From Candidatus Calescibacterium sp. (GTDB lineage Bacteria; DRYD01), in contig JANXCV010000002.1 of the NCBI GenBank assembly GCA_025059235.1, forward strand, positions 145,498 through 209,497: a stretch of DNA of 64,000 bases, read 5' to 3'. This document shows positions 30,780-40,441 of this stretch, piece after piece. The position numbers and the translations under genes are program-made. The notes under the pieces were generated by a model. That model was not told the DNA's origin, did no database searches, and saw only the letters and a program-made list of their open reading frames with translations. Positions within the stretch are counted from its first letter, which is position 1. Each line of letters begins with the position of its first letter.

Positions 30780-31169
30780 ATGAACAACGAAACAACTATG
30801 ATCCTATTAATAGCAGCTGGAATATCGATCTTCGGAATCACCATTTTTTTCATACTAAATAATTTTCTAAATAATCTAAATTCGAAGATAGATAGAATTT
30901 TGACCACCACAGATGAAATTAATCAAACTCTAAGAAAACTACAAGAAATAATTGAAGCAACAAAGCCAATCATCTATAATTTTCAAGAGGTAAGTAATAA
31001 TTTGAAAAGGATTTCTAGTAATATCCAAGAAATTACAGCTGATGTAAATTTTATAACGAAGAAAGGAAGAAACTCGGTAGAAGCAATACAAAGATTAACT
31101 ACTCATGGTTTTGAGAAGTTAATGGATACTTTCCGTAAATTCGTAAAATCCAAAGATAAGGAGGGATAG
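30780..31169 (+). CDS. DUF948-like membrane-anchored coiled-coil protein
   Basis: Single N-terminal TM followed by a helical Q/N/L-rich region. Adjacent to a YtxH-like gene, as in Firmicutes. Confidence 0.4.
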   Translation: MNNETTMILLIAAGISIFGITIFFILNNFLNNLNSKIDRILTTTDEINQTLRKLQEIIEATKPIIYNFQEVSNNLKRISSNIQEITADVNFITKKGRNSVEAIQRLTTHGFEKLMDTFRKFVKSKDKEG

Positions 31170-31171
31170 GA

Positions 31172-31447
31172 ATGAGAAATGCAGGCGATATCATCGGAGC
31201 TTTCCTAATAGGGGTAGCTGTTGGAACAGTGATCGGAATACTATATGCCCCACAAAGTGGAGAAGAAACTAGAAGATTACTTTCTGAAAAAGGTAACAAA
31301 ACCATAGAAGAAATCAACCAAAAAATCAATAACTTAAAAGAAGAATTCGATAAAATCAAGAGAGATGTATCGAAAATTACAGGGGATTTTATAGGTAAGT
31401 TTGCAGAAAAGTTCGAAAAGAAAAGTGAAAAAGAGACATACCAATAA
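31172..31447 (+). CDS. YtxH-like protein
   Basis: GAFLIGVAVGTVIGILYAPQSGEETR matches the YtxH family N-terminal signature. Confidence 0.6.
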   Translation: MRNAGDIIGAFLIGVAVGTVIGILYAPQSGEETRRLLSEKGNKTIEEINQKINNLKEEFDKIKRDVSKITGDFIGKFAEKFEKKSEKETYQ

Positions 31448-31503
31448 TTCCGCTGGGGGAGAAATAGCGGAATAAAAATCACCCCCTACCCCTTAAAGCC
31501 CAT

Positions 31504-31857
31504 ATGAACATAGGATTAAAAATGCAAACAATAGATGACATCTCGATAATCGAAATAGAAGGAGAGGTTGATACATACACCTCGTCTAAGATAAAACAGG
31601 ATATCTTAAAAGTGGTCGATCAAACCCAAAAAATAGTCATCTCTATGGAAAAAGTCAAATTCATAGACAGCACGGGACTAGGAATACTTATAGGAGTACT
31701 AAAGAAAGTAAAAGAAAAAGAAGGAGAAATGATCATAGTTTCACCCAACTCATACATAAACCAAATCTTTGAAATAACCGGACTATTTAAAGTTTTCAAA
31801 ATTGTAGAAACTATTCAGCAAGCAGTAGATCACATGAAAAAAAATCCAGAAATGTAA
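31504..31857 (+). CDS. STAS-domain anti-sigma factor antagonist
   Basis: STAS pattern (...FIDSTGLGIL...); 117 aa. Confidence 0.7.
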   Translation: MNIGLKMQTIDDISIIEIEGEVDTYTSSKIKQDILKVVDQTQKIVISMEKVKFIDSTGLGILIGVLKKVKEKEGEMIIVSPNSYINQIFEITGLFKVFKIVETIQQAVDHMKKNPEM

Positions 31858-31868
31858 TCTGAAAGGCT

Positions 31869-32621
31869 ATGAGAATTAACTTAGAAGGAAAAAATTCTTT
31901 AATAACTGGTGCAAGTAGAGGAATAGGTAAGGCTATAGCCATAAAACTAGCACAAGCAGGATCAAACGTAGTAATAAACTATAAGTCTAGTGAAAAGGAA
32001 GCTCTGGAACTATGCCAAGAATTACGAACAAAGTACAATATAAAAGCGATTGCTGTCAAAGCAGATGTGTCAAATATAGATGAAGTAAAACAAATGAAGG
32101 AAGTATCTAACAAGGAGCTTGGACCAATAACTATTCTAGTTAATAATGCCGGAATAACTAACGATAAATTGCTCAGAAATATGGATATTGAAATATGGGA
32201 TAATGTTATAAGGTCCAACCTGTACTCTGTATATAACACTTGTTATGTTTTTGTAGAGGATATGATAAATAGCAGGTGGGGTAGGATAATCAATATCTCT
32301 TCAATAGTTGGATTAATGGGGTCTACTGGACAGTCGAACTACGCCGCAGCAAAGTCCGGAATAATCGGGTTTACTAAATCCATAGCTAGAGAATTTGCAA
32401 AGAGAAACATAACAGCCAACGTCATCTGTCCAGGATATATAGAAACAGATATGACAGCAAAACTAGCTCCAAAGATAAAAGAGGCCATAATAAATAGTAT
32501 TCCTCTTGGTAGACCAGGTCAGCCGGAAGAAGTAGCCAACCTAGTAACCTTTTTAGCCTCTGACTTTTCTTCTTACATAACTGGTGAAGTTATAAATATA
32601 AGTGGTGGACTTTACATGTAA
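31869..32621 (+). CDS. fabG: 3-oxoacyl-[acyl-carrier-protein] reductase (SDR)
   Basis: TGASRGIGKAIA, NAG and YAAAKSG catalytic YxxxK motifs. Confidence 0.85.
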   Translation: MRINLEGKNSLITGASRGIGKAIAIKLAQAGSNVVINYKSSEKEALELCQELRTKYNIKAIAVKADVSNIDEVKQMKEVSNKELGPITILVNNAGITNDKLLRNMDIEIWDNVIRSNLYSVYNTCYVFVEDMINSRWGRIINISSIVGLMGSTGQSNYAAAKSGIIGFTKSIAREFAKRNITANVICPGYIETDMTAKLAPKIKEAIINSIPLGRPGQPEEVANLVTFLASDFSSYITGEVINISGGLYM

Positions 32622-33692
32622 GTGATCAATCTGATTGTTTTTAACCTATCTGTACTTTTGCTGTTGGCTACGGGAATAACTTTCGTAGGAATTGCCAATA
32701 ACTTTGACTCTAAGTTTTACAAGCACTTAGCCCATACTTTAATAGGTCTAGTAGTATTTCTATCAGTTTCTTTAGGAATGATAAAAATAACCAGATTATA
32801 TAAGTATTCTCCTTGGCTGTGGCTATTAACCGTTTTTATTCTTGTTCTTAACTTATTTATAGGCACTACTGTTAATGGATCAAAAAGTTGGATTTACATA
32901 GGTAATTTTTCTTTTCAACCTGCTGAATTAGCGAAAATATCTCTTTGTTTCCTGTTTGTCTGGATTATCTCGATACTACAGGACAGAAATATTTTTTTTA
33001 TTTTTTCTATCATAATTACGGGCTTTACTATTTTACCTATATTTATACAGCCTGATCTTGGTTTTTCTGTTTTACTATTTTTCACGACTGTAATGATGGG
33101 ATATATGTTGGGAACCAACGGGATTCTAATCTTGATAGTTTTGCTATCTACTTTTCTAGTAGCTATAGTAGTTATAAAACCCTATCAATTGGAGAGATTA
33201 ATTACTTTTTTGGATCCGTATAGAGATCCGCTTGGTAGCGGCTGGCAGACGATTCAAAGTGTAAACTGTATAATAAACGGTGGAATATGGGGGCAAGGAC
33301 TAGGAAATTCGATGATCTCAAAACTCGGCTTCCTTCCTGAAAAAGACACGGATTTTATATTTTCTCTTATTGTCGAACACGTTGGACTAATCGGTGCAAT
33401 AATAATCATCGCCCTCTACATAGCCATAATTCTATCTATTCTCTGGACCTATGTAAATTCTGACAATATACAAAATAAAATCCTTTCTTCTTACATAATG
33501 TCGATAATGTTTATTCAGGTTTTTATCAATATTGGGATGAATACCATGTCTGCTCCTGTTACTGGTTTACCTCTACCTCTGATAAGTTATGGAGGAACAA
33601 ATATAATCACTACACTTTTTCTACTTGGGATAGTAAATCAACTAAACATCCAAATAGCTAGATCCCAGAAAATAAAAAAATGGATTGAGTAA
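32622..33692 (+). CDS. rodA: SEDS-family peptidoglycan glycosyltransferase (RodA/FtsW)
   Basis: Polytopic membrane protein; PDLG and GLPLPLISYGGT conserved motifs. Confidence 0.8.
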   Translation: MINLIVFNLSVLLLLATGITFVGIANNFDSKFYKHLAHTLIGLVVFLSVSLGMIKITRLYKYSPWLWLLTVFILVLNLFIGTTVNGSKSWIYIGNFSFQPAELAKISLCFLFVWIISILQDRNIFFIFSIIITGFTILPIFIQPDLGFSVLLFFTTVMMGYMLGTNGILILIVLLSTFLVAIVVIKPYQLERLITFLDPYRDPLGSGWQTIQSVNCIINGGIWGQGLGNSMISKLGFLPEKDTDFIFSLIVEHVGLIGAIIIIALYIAIILSILWTYVNSDNIQNKILSSYIMSIMFIQVFINIGMNTMSAPVTGLPLPLISYGGTNIITTLFLLGIVNQLNIQIARSQKIKKWIE

Positions 33693-34563
33693 TATGGGAA
33701 CAGTATTTATATTGATTGCTATATTTTTGGTTTCGGTAGAGCCAATTATAGTCAAATCTGCATACAACTCTCAGAATATAAATCCCTTCTCTATAATACT
33801 ATTTAAGAATCTTATCGGAGGATTGATTATTATTCCTTTGATAACCATTTTAGGAAATAAATTAAAAATTCTGAAATTGAGCCAAATATTCGATATTTCA
33901 AGGGCATCAGTTTTATTACTTTTTACCACTTCTATGATGATAATTTCATTGAAATTCATACCAGCTGTTGTTATGCTTACTATATTTACCTCTACTCCTG
34001 CTTTTGTAAGCTTAATAAATTCAATAAAGGGCAAAGAAAAAACCGATTGGATTTTTTGGATAGGTTTTTCAATGGCTTTCATAGGTATAACTCTTCTGCT
34101 AGATATATACTCCAAAAAATTTTCAATAGACTCTAATTTTTTCTTTGGAGTACTGTTTGCTTTTCTTGGGGTATTGTCTTCTAGCTTATACAGGACCAAT
34201 CTTGACGATTTAACAAATAGATATACACCGATTGTAGTTTCTACCTATATATTCTTACTTAATTCGATTATAGTTGGGATTTGCTATATTTTTTTTAGTC
34301 GGTGGATAGAGATAGAATCGATTTCTATGATGATAGGTATTTATGGTGGTGTTGCTGGAGCACTAGCAAACGTATCTTTTTTGTACGCTCTCAGTATATT
34401 GGGATCTACAAAGGTCTCTATTCTCAATATGCTCCAACAACCTACCATAATTATTCTCTCCTCTATAATATTGAAAGAATATCTTAGCATTCAGCAAATT
34501 ATTGGTATAGTACTCGTTTTGCTAGGGATTAATTTGGCAATAAAAAGAATTATCAAAGTCTAG
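33685..34563 (+). CDS. EamA/DMT-family transporter
   Basis: About 10 TM helices in a duplicated EamA pattern. Confidence 0.6.
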   Translation: MSNMGTVFILIAIFLVSVEPIIVKSAYNSQNINPFSIILFKNLIGGLIIIPLITILGNKLKILKLSQIFDISRASVLLLFTTSMMIISLKFIPAVVMLTIFTSTPAFVSLINSIKGKEKTDWIFWIGFSMAFIGITLLLDIYSKKFSIDSNFFFGVLFAFLGVLSSSLYRTNLDDLTNRYTPIVVSTYIFLLNSIIVGICYIFFSRWIEIESISMMIGIYGGVAGALANVSFLYALSILGSTKVSILNMLQQPTIIILSSIILKEYLSIQQIIGIVLVLLGINLAIKRIIKV

Positions 34564-35507
34564 CTATTTATTGGAATTTTTAGCAAGTTTTTTATTTTTT
34601 GATCCATGACTTCCCGCGGAAGTAGTTCTGCATAAAAATCATCTGTTATACATAAATTATTTCTATAGCTTTTCCTAAGATGTTGGATAAAGTCTTGTAC
34701 TTTTTCTATGTCTTCTATTAAGGTAGTATTAGTATTTATAATTCCAGCGAAGAGATATTCAAAGTTGTTAAACATCGAAATATCAGAGATTTTTTTTAGT
34801 GGGTTTAGATAGAAGTTTATTGACATCCCACTTAAGTTAGTATTCTTCAATTTTGAAATGTTCTCTTGAATGTTGTCTATTCTATTCTTAAAAAATACAA
34901 AAAATCTAACTTTCGAATTTTTATCTATTTGGCTTAATCTTAGAGAAAAATTCACGATATACTGAACATCCTGAATTTCGGTATATTCTAAAAATGCAAA
35001 GTTTATGGATTTACTTGAAATTTGATGCCATTTTTCTATAATCTTCGTGGAAATTTCTGTTAACAATTCCATACTACCTTCAATCTCTAGATTTGAGTAT
35101 TTGGTTAGTGTAAGTACTGAAGGTAAAGAAACTAGGTAATTGTAATTCTTCATTTTATCTATTCTAAGATATTCTATTAGAAACTTATCAAAATTTTCTT
35201 CATTTATCTTTACTGGTTTTGTTACTTCTAATTTTCTCCAGAATACGTTTGTCTCTTCAAACCTTACGAGTGTGTTTGCTTGAGAATTTTGAATAAATAC
35301 AGAAAAAGGGCGTACTAGATCTTGATAATTAAATAGGCCTGTTGAATAGAAAGGAGTTCCTATTAATTCCTGAAAACTAAGAAATTCATCAAATTCCCTT
35401 TCCAATTCCTTTTGTAAATCTTTGTATTCTATTCTATTTCTGTCAAAATCTCTCGTTTTTTGAATTAGTCTTTCTGATCTTGGGTAGTTACCTGGTATTA
35501 CTATCAT
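34560..35507 (-). CDS. Hypothetical protein
   Basis: 315-aa ORF with no confident domain. The N-terminal GNYPRSERL region is faintly MetE-like. Confidence 0.4.
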   Translation of the reverse strand: MIVIPGNYPRSERLIQKTRDFDRNRIEYKDLQKELEREFDEFLSFQELIGTPFYSTGLFNYQDLVRPFSVFIQNSQANTLVRFEETNVFWRKLEVTKPVKINEENFDKFLIEYLRIDKMKNYNYLVSLPSVLTLTKYSNLEIEGSMELLTEISTKIIEKWHQISSKSINFAFLEYTEIQDVQYIVNFSLRLSQIDKNSKVRFFVFFKNRIDNIQENISKLKNTNLSGMSINFYLNPLKKISDISMFNNFEYLFAGIINTNTTLIEDIEKVQDFIQHLRKSYRNNLCITDDFYAELLPREVMDQKIKNLLKIPINS

Positions 35508-36195
35508 GGTTTTCCTCCTTCCTAGTAAGATATAGGATAACTGTGTACTCTCCTTTCTCGGGAAGCATATCTTGGTTTATCTGATTTATCCTTGAAAAAA
35601 TGATTTTTTGATTAATTTTTGTCAATTCATGTAGTATAAGGATAAAGTTGGAGGAAAATGCAGATTTTATCGTATTTATACTTTTTCTTATTCTGTGGCA
35701 GGATTCAAAAAAGACTATGCTTTTTACAAAATCCGGGACTTTTTGAATATGATCAATAAATTTATTTTTTTTATCCAAGAATCCCAAGAATATAAAGGGG
35801 GTATATGGTAAGGGACTTAAGGATAAGGCAGCACATAGGGCACTGGGACCAGGCAAAATTTCTACTTCTATGCCATTTGTTATACAATACTTAACTAAAT
35901 TCACCGGCGGATCTTCTATATTTGGACTTCCAGCAGAACTCATAAAACCAACAATTTCATATCTACTTAAATAGGATATTACTTTTTCTCCTGACCTATA
36001 CCATTCTGATTCATGATAAGTTATCATCCTCTTCTTTATATTATAGTAATTCAGTAATTTGATGGTTTTGCTTGGGTTTTCAACTAGTAATAAATCTACT
36101 TCTTTTATTTTCTCCAGAAAATTCAAGGTTATGTCTTTTAAGTTTCCTATCGGAGTATTAAATAAGATTAACTTTCTCAGAGATACCACCACCAA
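35488..36195 (-). CDS. rsmI: 16S rRNA (cytidine1402-2'-O)-methyltransferase RsmI (tetrapyrrole-methylase fold)
   Basis: LILFNTPIGNLKDITLNFLE...LLLVENPSKT matches the RsmI N-terminus. Confidence 0.75.
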   Translation of the reverse strand: MVVVSLRKLILFNTPIGNLKDITLNFLEKIKEVDLLLVENPSKTIKLLNYYNIKKRMITYHESEWYRSGEKVISYLSRYEIVGFMSSAGSPNIEDPPVNLVKYCITNGIEVEILPGPSALCAALSLSPLPYTPFIFLGFLDKKNKFIDHIQKVPDFVKSIVFFESCHRIRKSINTIKSAFSSNFILILHELTKINQKIIFSRINQINQDMLPEKGEYTVILYLTRKEENHDSNTR

Positions 36196-36500
36196 TGATC
36201 CTTTGGGTATTTTGTTCTGTAATGATTCAAATTTATCATCCTTTTTATTTCGGGAAGCAATTGAACAAGCTTGTTATCGTATTCTTGCAAATTTTGAATA
36301 ATCTTCTGGAATTCCTGGTATAAGTTGAAAGAAATATCGTCTTTGTTTTCATCTATAAATGCGATTATTTCTTGTATCTCGCTTCTGTATTGAAGAATTA
36401 GGGGGCAAGTGTATTTATCTATTTTTTGTTGGTTCATCAATCTGTTATATTGTGTTATGTATTCTTGGAGAAGTTCGAAAATTTCGAGGTATTTTTGCAT
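36177..36500 (-). CDS. Hypothetical coiled-coil protein
   Basis: 107-aa ORF immediately downstream of the flotillin terminator; no obvious RBS. Confidence 0.3.
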   Translation of the reverse strand: MQKYLEIFELLQEYITQYNRLMNQQKIDKYTCPLILQYRSEIQEIIAFIDENKDDISFNLYQEFQKIIQNLQEYDNKLVQLLPEIKRMINLNHYRTKYPKDHWWWYL

Positions 36501-36509
36501 AAAAATAAA

Positions 36510-36537
36510 GGGGTGTGGAAAACTAAATCCACACCCC
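36510..36537 (-). terminator. Rho-independent terminator downstream of the flotillin gene
   Basis: 10-bp perfect stem GGGGTGTGGA/TCCACACCCC with an 8-nt loop. A T-rich tract follows on the minus-strand transcript (TTTATTTTTAT). Confidence 0.7.
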
Positions 36538-36563
36538 GGATTTTTAGGTCTAGGGAATTTTCA

Positions 36564-38462
36564 TTATTTTATTTGTGGGGGTTTAGGTTGACCAGCTTGC
36601 TGCGAGCTTGGTTGTTGTAACTGTGTTGAAGTTGTTGTCTGTGGTGTTTGCTGACTAGATAATCCTTTCAATATTTCTATGAGATCTACTCCGGTTATGT
36701 TTTTGAGGACTTCGGGAACGGTTGCAACTGTTCCGGCTATATCTCTAGTTAGGTTTGAAAAACCTGCTCCATTTCCTCCACCTATCATTATCACCTTATC
36801 CACTCTATTTAGAGGATTTGCTACTTTTTCTGCTATTTCTGGTAATTTTTCAATTATTATCTCTGCTATTGCTGCATTGTTGTACATTCGCCAGGCTTCT
36901 GCTTTTTTCATCATTGCTTTAGCTATTGCTACTCCTTGGGCTTCGGTGACTTCTGCTTCTGCTAGACCTTTAGCTTTTGCTGCTTCTGCTTCTGCTTGAC
37001 CACTGAGTTTTATTTTTTCGGCCTCTGCTTGAGCTAAAGCTATTTGTCTCATCCTTTCTGCTTCTGCCAACTGCTCTATTTTATATCTTTCTGCTTCTGC
37101 TGGTTTTTTAACTGTTGCTTCTAATTCTTTTTCTTTTCTTTGTGCTTCTAGGTTTTGTAGTTCTATTTGTTTTTCTTTTTCAGTTATGAAGTAAGCCATA
37201 TCTGCTTCTGCTCTTTTTGCTTCTGCTTTTCTTCTTTCTTCTGAAACTTTCATGTCTGCTTCTATTTGGGCTATTCTTTTTCTTTGATCTGCTTCTGCTT
37301 CTTTTTCTGCTGCTTGTGCTTCTGCTTCAGCTGCTGCTTTTCTTGCTGCTGCCATTTGTTCAGCTTCTTTTGCCTTGGCTTCGGCATCTTGTTGAGCAGT
37401 ATATATTCTCTTTTCTTTTTCTGTTTCCGCTTGTCTTTTTGCTATTTCCAGAGATTGTTCTAATTCATAGTTTTTTGCTATTTTTTCTAGTTCTGCTTGT
37501 TTCATTCTTGCTTGGGTTTCCTGTTCTTTTATTTGAGGAGCAACCCTAAATTCTATAGCTTTCTCAGGATCACCTATATCTTTTATTGCAAACGTATCTA
37601 ATATTAATCCCATTTTTGTAAAGTCATCTTTTATTGCTTCTTCAACTTTTTTAACTATCTCTTCTCTTTTGTGTAGTAATTCTTCTAGATTAACTGCGGC
37701 TATGACTTCTCTGGTTTTACCCTCCAATATTTCCCTTATGCTGGCTATTACTGTATCTGATTTTTGGCTTAGGAATCTTTCTCCAGCTTTTTCTAATTCG
37801 TTTAAGTTGAATTTAACTGCTGCTGTTGCGCTGACACTTACGGGGATTTTATCTGCAGTTAATATCTTTGCAGTAGTCACGTCTATAATCAAGCTGGTCA
37901 GAGCTAATTTTATTGAGCCTATTGGATCTAGAACATCTTTTATCGTAAAGGCATCTATTCTTAATCCTAGAATTCCAAGGTCTTTAGCTGCTGATTTATT
38001 TACCTCCTGGATGAAGGTATCTCTGTCATGAAGTAGTTGTTGTAATCTTGTTTTTGCTATGACTTCTCTTGTGTGACCTTCTAAGATTTCTTTTATATTC
38101 TTATCTATTTCTTGATCTGTTTTTCCGAGGAATCTTTCTGCTGCACTGAGTATATTAGCTTGATTAGATGAGTCTATCTTAACGGTTGCTACTGCTTCTA
38201 CTGATAGGGGTACTTTATCTAAAGTTAGTATTTGTGGGCTTCTTATATCGATTATTCTTGCTTCTAGTGAAAGTTCTTGAGCGCTTTGTACTAGGGGGAA
38301 TACTATTGTTCCTCCTCCTACTACTACTCTTCTCCCTCCAAGACCAGTGATTATTAAAGCTTTATTTGGTGGAACTTTTCTGTATAGAGTAACGGTAAAG
38401 TATGTAAGTACGAATATAACGAATATCCCTGCTATTATTGCTATTAGTACTAAAATATCCAT
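36564..38462 (-). CDS. Flotillin-like SPFH/band-7 protein with two SPFH domains and an EA-rich coiled coil
   Basis: N-terminal TM; two SPFH domain cores; long AEAEA/KEAE repeat region. 632 aa. Confidence 0.8.
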   Translation of the reverse strand: MDILVLIAIIAGIFVIFVLTYFTVTLYRKVPPNKALIITGLGGRRVVVGGGTIVFPLVQSAQELSLEARIIDIRSPQILTLDKVPLSVEAVATVKIDSSNQANILSAAERFLGKTDQEIDKNIKEILEGHTREVIAKTRLQQLLHDRDTFIQEVNKSAAKDLGILGLRIDAFTIKDVLDPIGSIKLALTSLIIDVTTAKILTADKIPVSVSATAAVKFNLNELEKAGERFLSQKSDTVIASIREILEGKTREVIAAVNLEELLHKREEIVKKVEEAIKDDFTKMGLILDTFAIKDIGDPEKAIEFRVAPQIKEQETQARMKQAELEKIAKNYELEQSLEIAKRQAETEKEKRIYTAQQDAEAKAKEAEQMAAARKAAAEAEAQAAEKEAEADQRKRIAQIEADMKVSEERRKAEAKRAEADMAYFITEKEKQIELQNLEAQRKEKELEATVKKPAEAERYKIEQLAEAERMRQIALAQAEAEKIKLSGQAEAEAAKAKGLAEAEVTEAQGVAIAKAMMKKAEAWRMYNNAAIAEIIIEKLPEIAEKVANPLNRVDKVIMIGGGNGAGFSNLTRDIAGTVATVPEVLKNITGVDLIEILKGLSSQQTPQTTTSTQLQQPSSQQAGQPKPPQIK

Positions 38463-38513
38463 TTTTCTTCACCTCTTTCTACTTTTGTAAAAAAATTCTG
38501 ACTTTTTATCTAT

Positions 38514-39047
38514 CTAACTTTTTACCAGTTCTGTTTCCCAGTTTGGAGGGCAGGCTTTACCGGGATTATCATAAACAAATTTGCAAGCTTTAAGAGTTCT
38601 TAGGATTTCCATCGTGTTCCTTCCGATCAAAAAATCATTTACACATATATGCATTACTATACCTTCTGGGTTAACAATAACGGTTCCTCTTCTTGTAAGT
38701 CCAGTGTTTTCATCATATGTTCCCATAGTGCTTGTTAGATTATGTGTGGCATCTGAGATCATAGGAAATTCGACGTTTTTTAGGGAATCTGTAGATTCTT
38801 TCCAAGCTTTCAGTGTATATACGGTGTCTGTACTTAATGACATCAATTCTGCTCCTAACTTTTTAAATTCATCATAGATTTTTGAAAGTTCTGACAATTC
38901 TTCTTGACAGACAGTGGTAAATGCAGCCGGATGTGATACTAGAACTAACCATTTTCCCTTGTATTCTTCTAGGTTAATCTCCTTTATTTCTCCGTTATGG
39001 TATACTTTTACTTTACAGTAAGGGAATTTTTGTCCTACTCTGAGCAT
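38514..39047 (-). CDS. Peroxiredoxin (AhpC/TSA family)
   Basis: Thioredoxin-fold motif HPAAFTTVCQEE with a peroxidatic Cys; 177 aa. Confidence 0.75.
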   Translation of the reverse strand: MLRVGQKFPYCKVKVYHNGEIKEINLEEYKGKWLVLVSHPAAFTTVCQEELSELSKIYDEFKKLGAELMSLSTDTVYTLKAWKESTDSLKNVEFPMISDATHNLTSTMGTYDENTGLTRRGTVIVNPEGIVMHICVNDFLIGRNTMEILRTLKACKFVYDNPGKACPPNWETELVKS

Positions 39048-39140
39048 ATTTTATTTACCTCCTTCGTGATACTAACTCAAGATCGACAATATAATTCTTA
39101 TACTATTTTATCTTATGACCTGCATTCAGTTCATTAATTT

Positions 39141-39160
39141 TTATTGATAAAAATCAATAA
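39141..39160. promoter_or_regulatory. Perfect 8-4-8 palindrome TTATTGAT-AAAA-ATCAATAA about 95 nt upstream of the peroxiredoxin start; candidate operator
   Basis: Read directly from the sequence. A near-identical palindrome lies at 40442-40459. Confidence 0.4.
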
Positions 39161-39297
39161 ATTTTAGCTAAAGATTTGCTTTTCTGAATTTACTTTTCTA
39201 AGTTGGAAAAAGTCGGGCTATATTTTGAATCCGGAAGTCAATCTCCACCAGTTCCAATGGTAATAGTCATGTGACTGAATACTGGTGGAATGATTAA

Positions 39298-39765
39298 AAG
39301 GGGAAATGAAAGTATTTCTGTCTTCAAGGAGTTGTTGTAATCTTGTTTTTGCTATGAGTTATCTTATATGATTTTCTTTTTATATCCTTATCCATTTCTC
39401 TGTCTGTTTTTTCGAGAAATTTCTCTGCTGCACGAAGTATGTTGGCTTGATTAGATGAATCTATCTTAATGGTTGCCACTGCTTCTACTGACAAAGGTAT
39501 TTTATCCAGCGTTAGTTCTTGGGAGATTGTTATATGAATTATTCTTTCTTCTAATGAGAATTCTTGAGCGCTTTGTACTAGAGGGAATACTATCGTTCCT
39601 TTATGTGCTACTGTTTTTCTTCTTCCAGGTCTAGTAATGATCAGTACTTTGTTTGGGGGGACTTTTCTGTAAGAGTATATGAGCACGAGTATAATAATTA
39701 GCCCCACGATTACTAATATAATATCCATTTCTTTCACCTCCTTGCTCCGATTTGGTGTTATAAGA
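39298..39765 (-). pseudogene. Duplicated 5' fragment of the flotillin gene, including its RBS region; truncated and frameshifted
   Basis: ORF 39324-39737 encodes ...YRKVPPNKVLIIT..TIVFPLVQSAQEFSLEERII..LSVEAVATIKIDSSNQANIL, nearly identical to the flotillin N-terminus. Nucleotide similarity extends to about 39300 and into the upstream leader. Confidence 0.75.
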
Positions 39766-39803
39766 ACTTTGTCTTATTATTTTTATTATTTTTTATTAAT
39801 TCT

Positions 39804-40286
39804 ATACGTCGGGTGAGAAATTCAGAGAGTGAAGAAGCCTGCTGTAAAAAGCCTTCCATAGGGTTAGTATGAAACTTCTAACATTGTATGACGAAGTGCT
39901 TAGAAGCCTTCTACAATCTTACACAGCCAAAACCCAAAGCAGGAAGAAAGCTAAAAATCTCAGACCACCTTCAGAAAAGCAAGACAGAAAAGAATTTACT
40001 CAAGCCTCGAGAAACTTATACAGCGCTCACTATGTCAAGAGAGTGCAGTTTGAAGAGCTCTACTACGGTATGCTTTTGATGGTGTTGTGTGATAAGGCGA
40101 AGAGTGGTTGGTTTAGGAATTTGGTAGGGCTTGCTGAGGTGTACGGAGATAGAGGATACAAGGAAGACAAGTCCATAAGGCAGGTGGTAGAGGGTGTGAT
40201 AAGCTGTGTGAAGAGTTTCAATGCTGTAAGTAGGTGGAGAAAGGGTATAGCTAAGATGCTATGGTTAATTTCTCACCCGACGTATT
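39804..40286. mobile_element. Small IS-like or MITE-like element remnant bounded by 19-bp perfect inverted repeats (ATACGTCGGGTGAGAAATT / AATTTCTCACCCGACGTAT); noticeably more G/C-rich than the flanks
   Basis: The inverted repeats and the flanking AT-rich direct repeat TTTTATT(T)AATTCTATAC were read directly. The internal ORF has a transposase-like ..YGDRGYK.. motif. Confidence 0.5.
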
Positions 40287-40330
40287 ATTTTTATTTAATT
40301 TTTTTATTTAATTCTATACCGATTAATTGA
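39869..40330 (+). CDS. Truncated transposase-like ORF inside the IS-like element (possible DDE-family fragment)
   Basis: 153 aa. LVGLAEVYGDRGYKED resembles the DDE transposase 'DRGY' region. The ORF runs through the right inverted repeat, so it is probably not a functional full-length gene. Confidence 0.3.
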   Translation: MKLLTLYDEVLRSLLQSYTAKTQSRKKAKNLRPPSEKQDRKEFTQASRNLYSAHYVKRVQFEELYYGMLLMVLCDKAKSGWFRNLVGLAEVYGDRGYKEDKSIRQVVEGVISCVKSFNAVSRWRKGIAKMLWLISHPTYYFYLIFLFNSIPIN

Positions 40331-40441
40331 CAAACTTTATAGGGTGAATTGTCATAGTCTGGTTATTTTTTGTCTGTCTTGACATAATTGTTATACTTAT
40401 CATTATTCCGATTTGAAAGACTTTTGTTTATATTATAATTA

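Noticed and set aside
37217-37549. Plus-strand L/F/C-rich ORFs antisense to the flotillin gene
   Set aside because: They are a low-complexity artefact of reading the GAAGCAGAAGC (EAEA) repeat region on the opposite strand.
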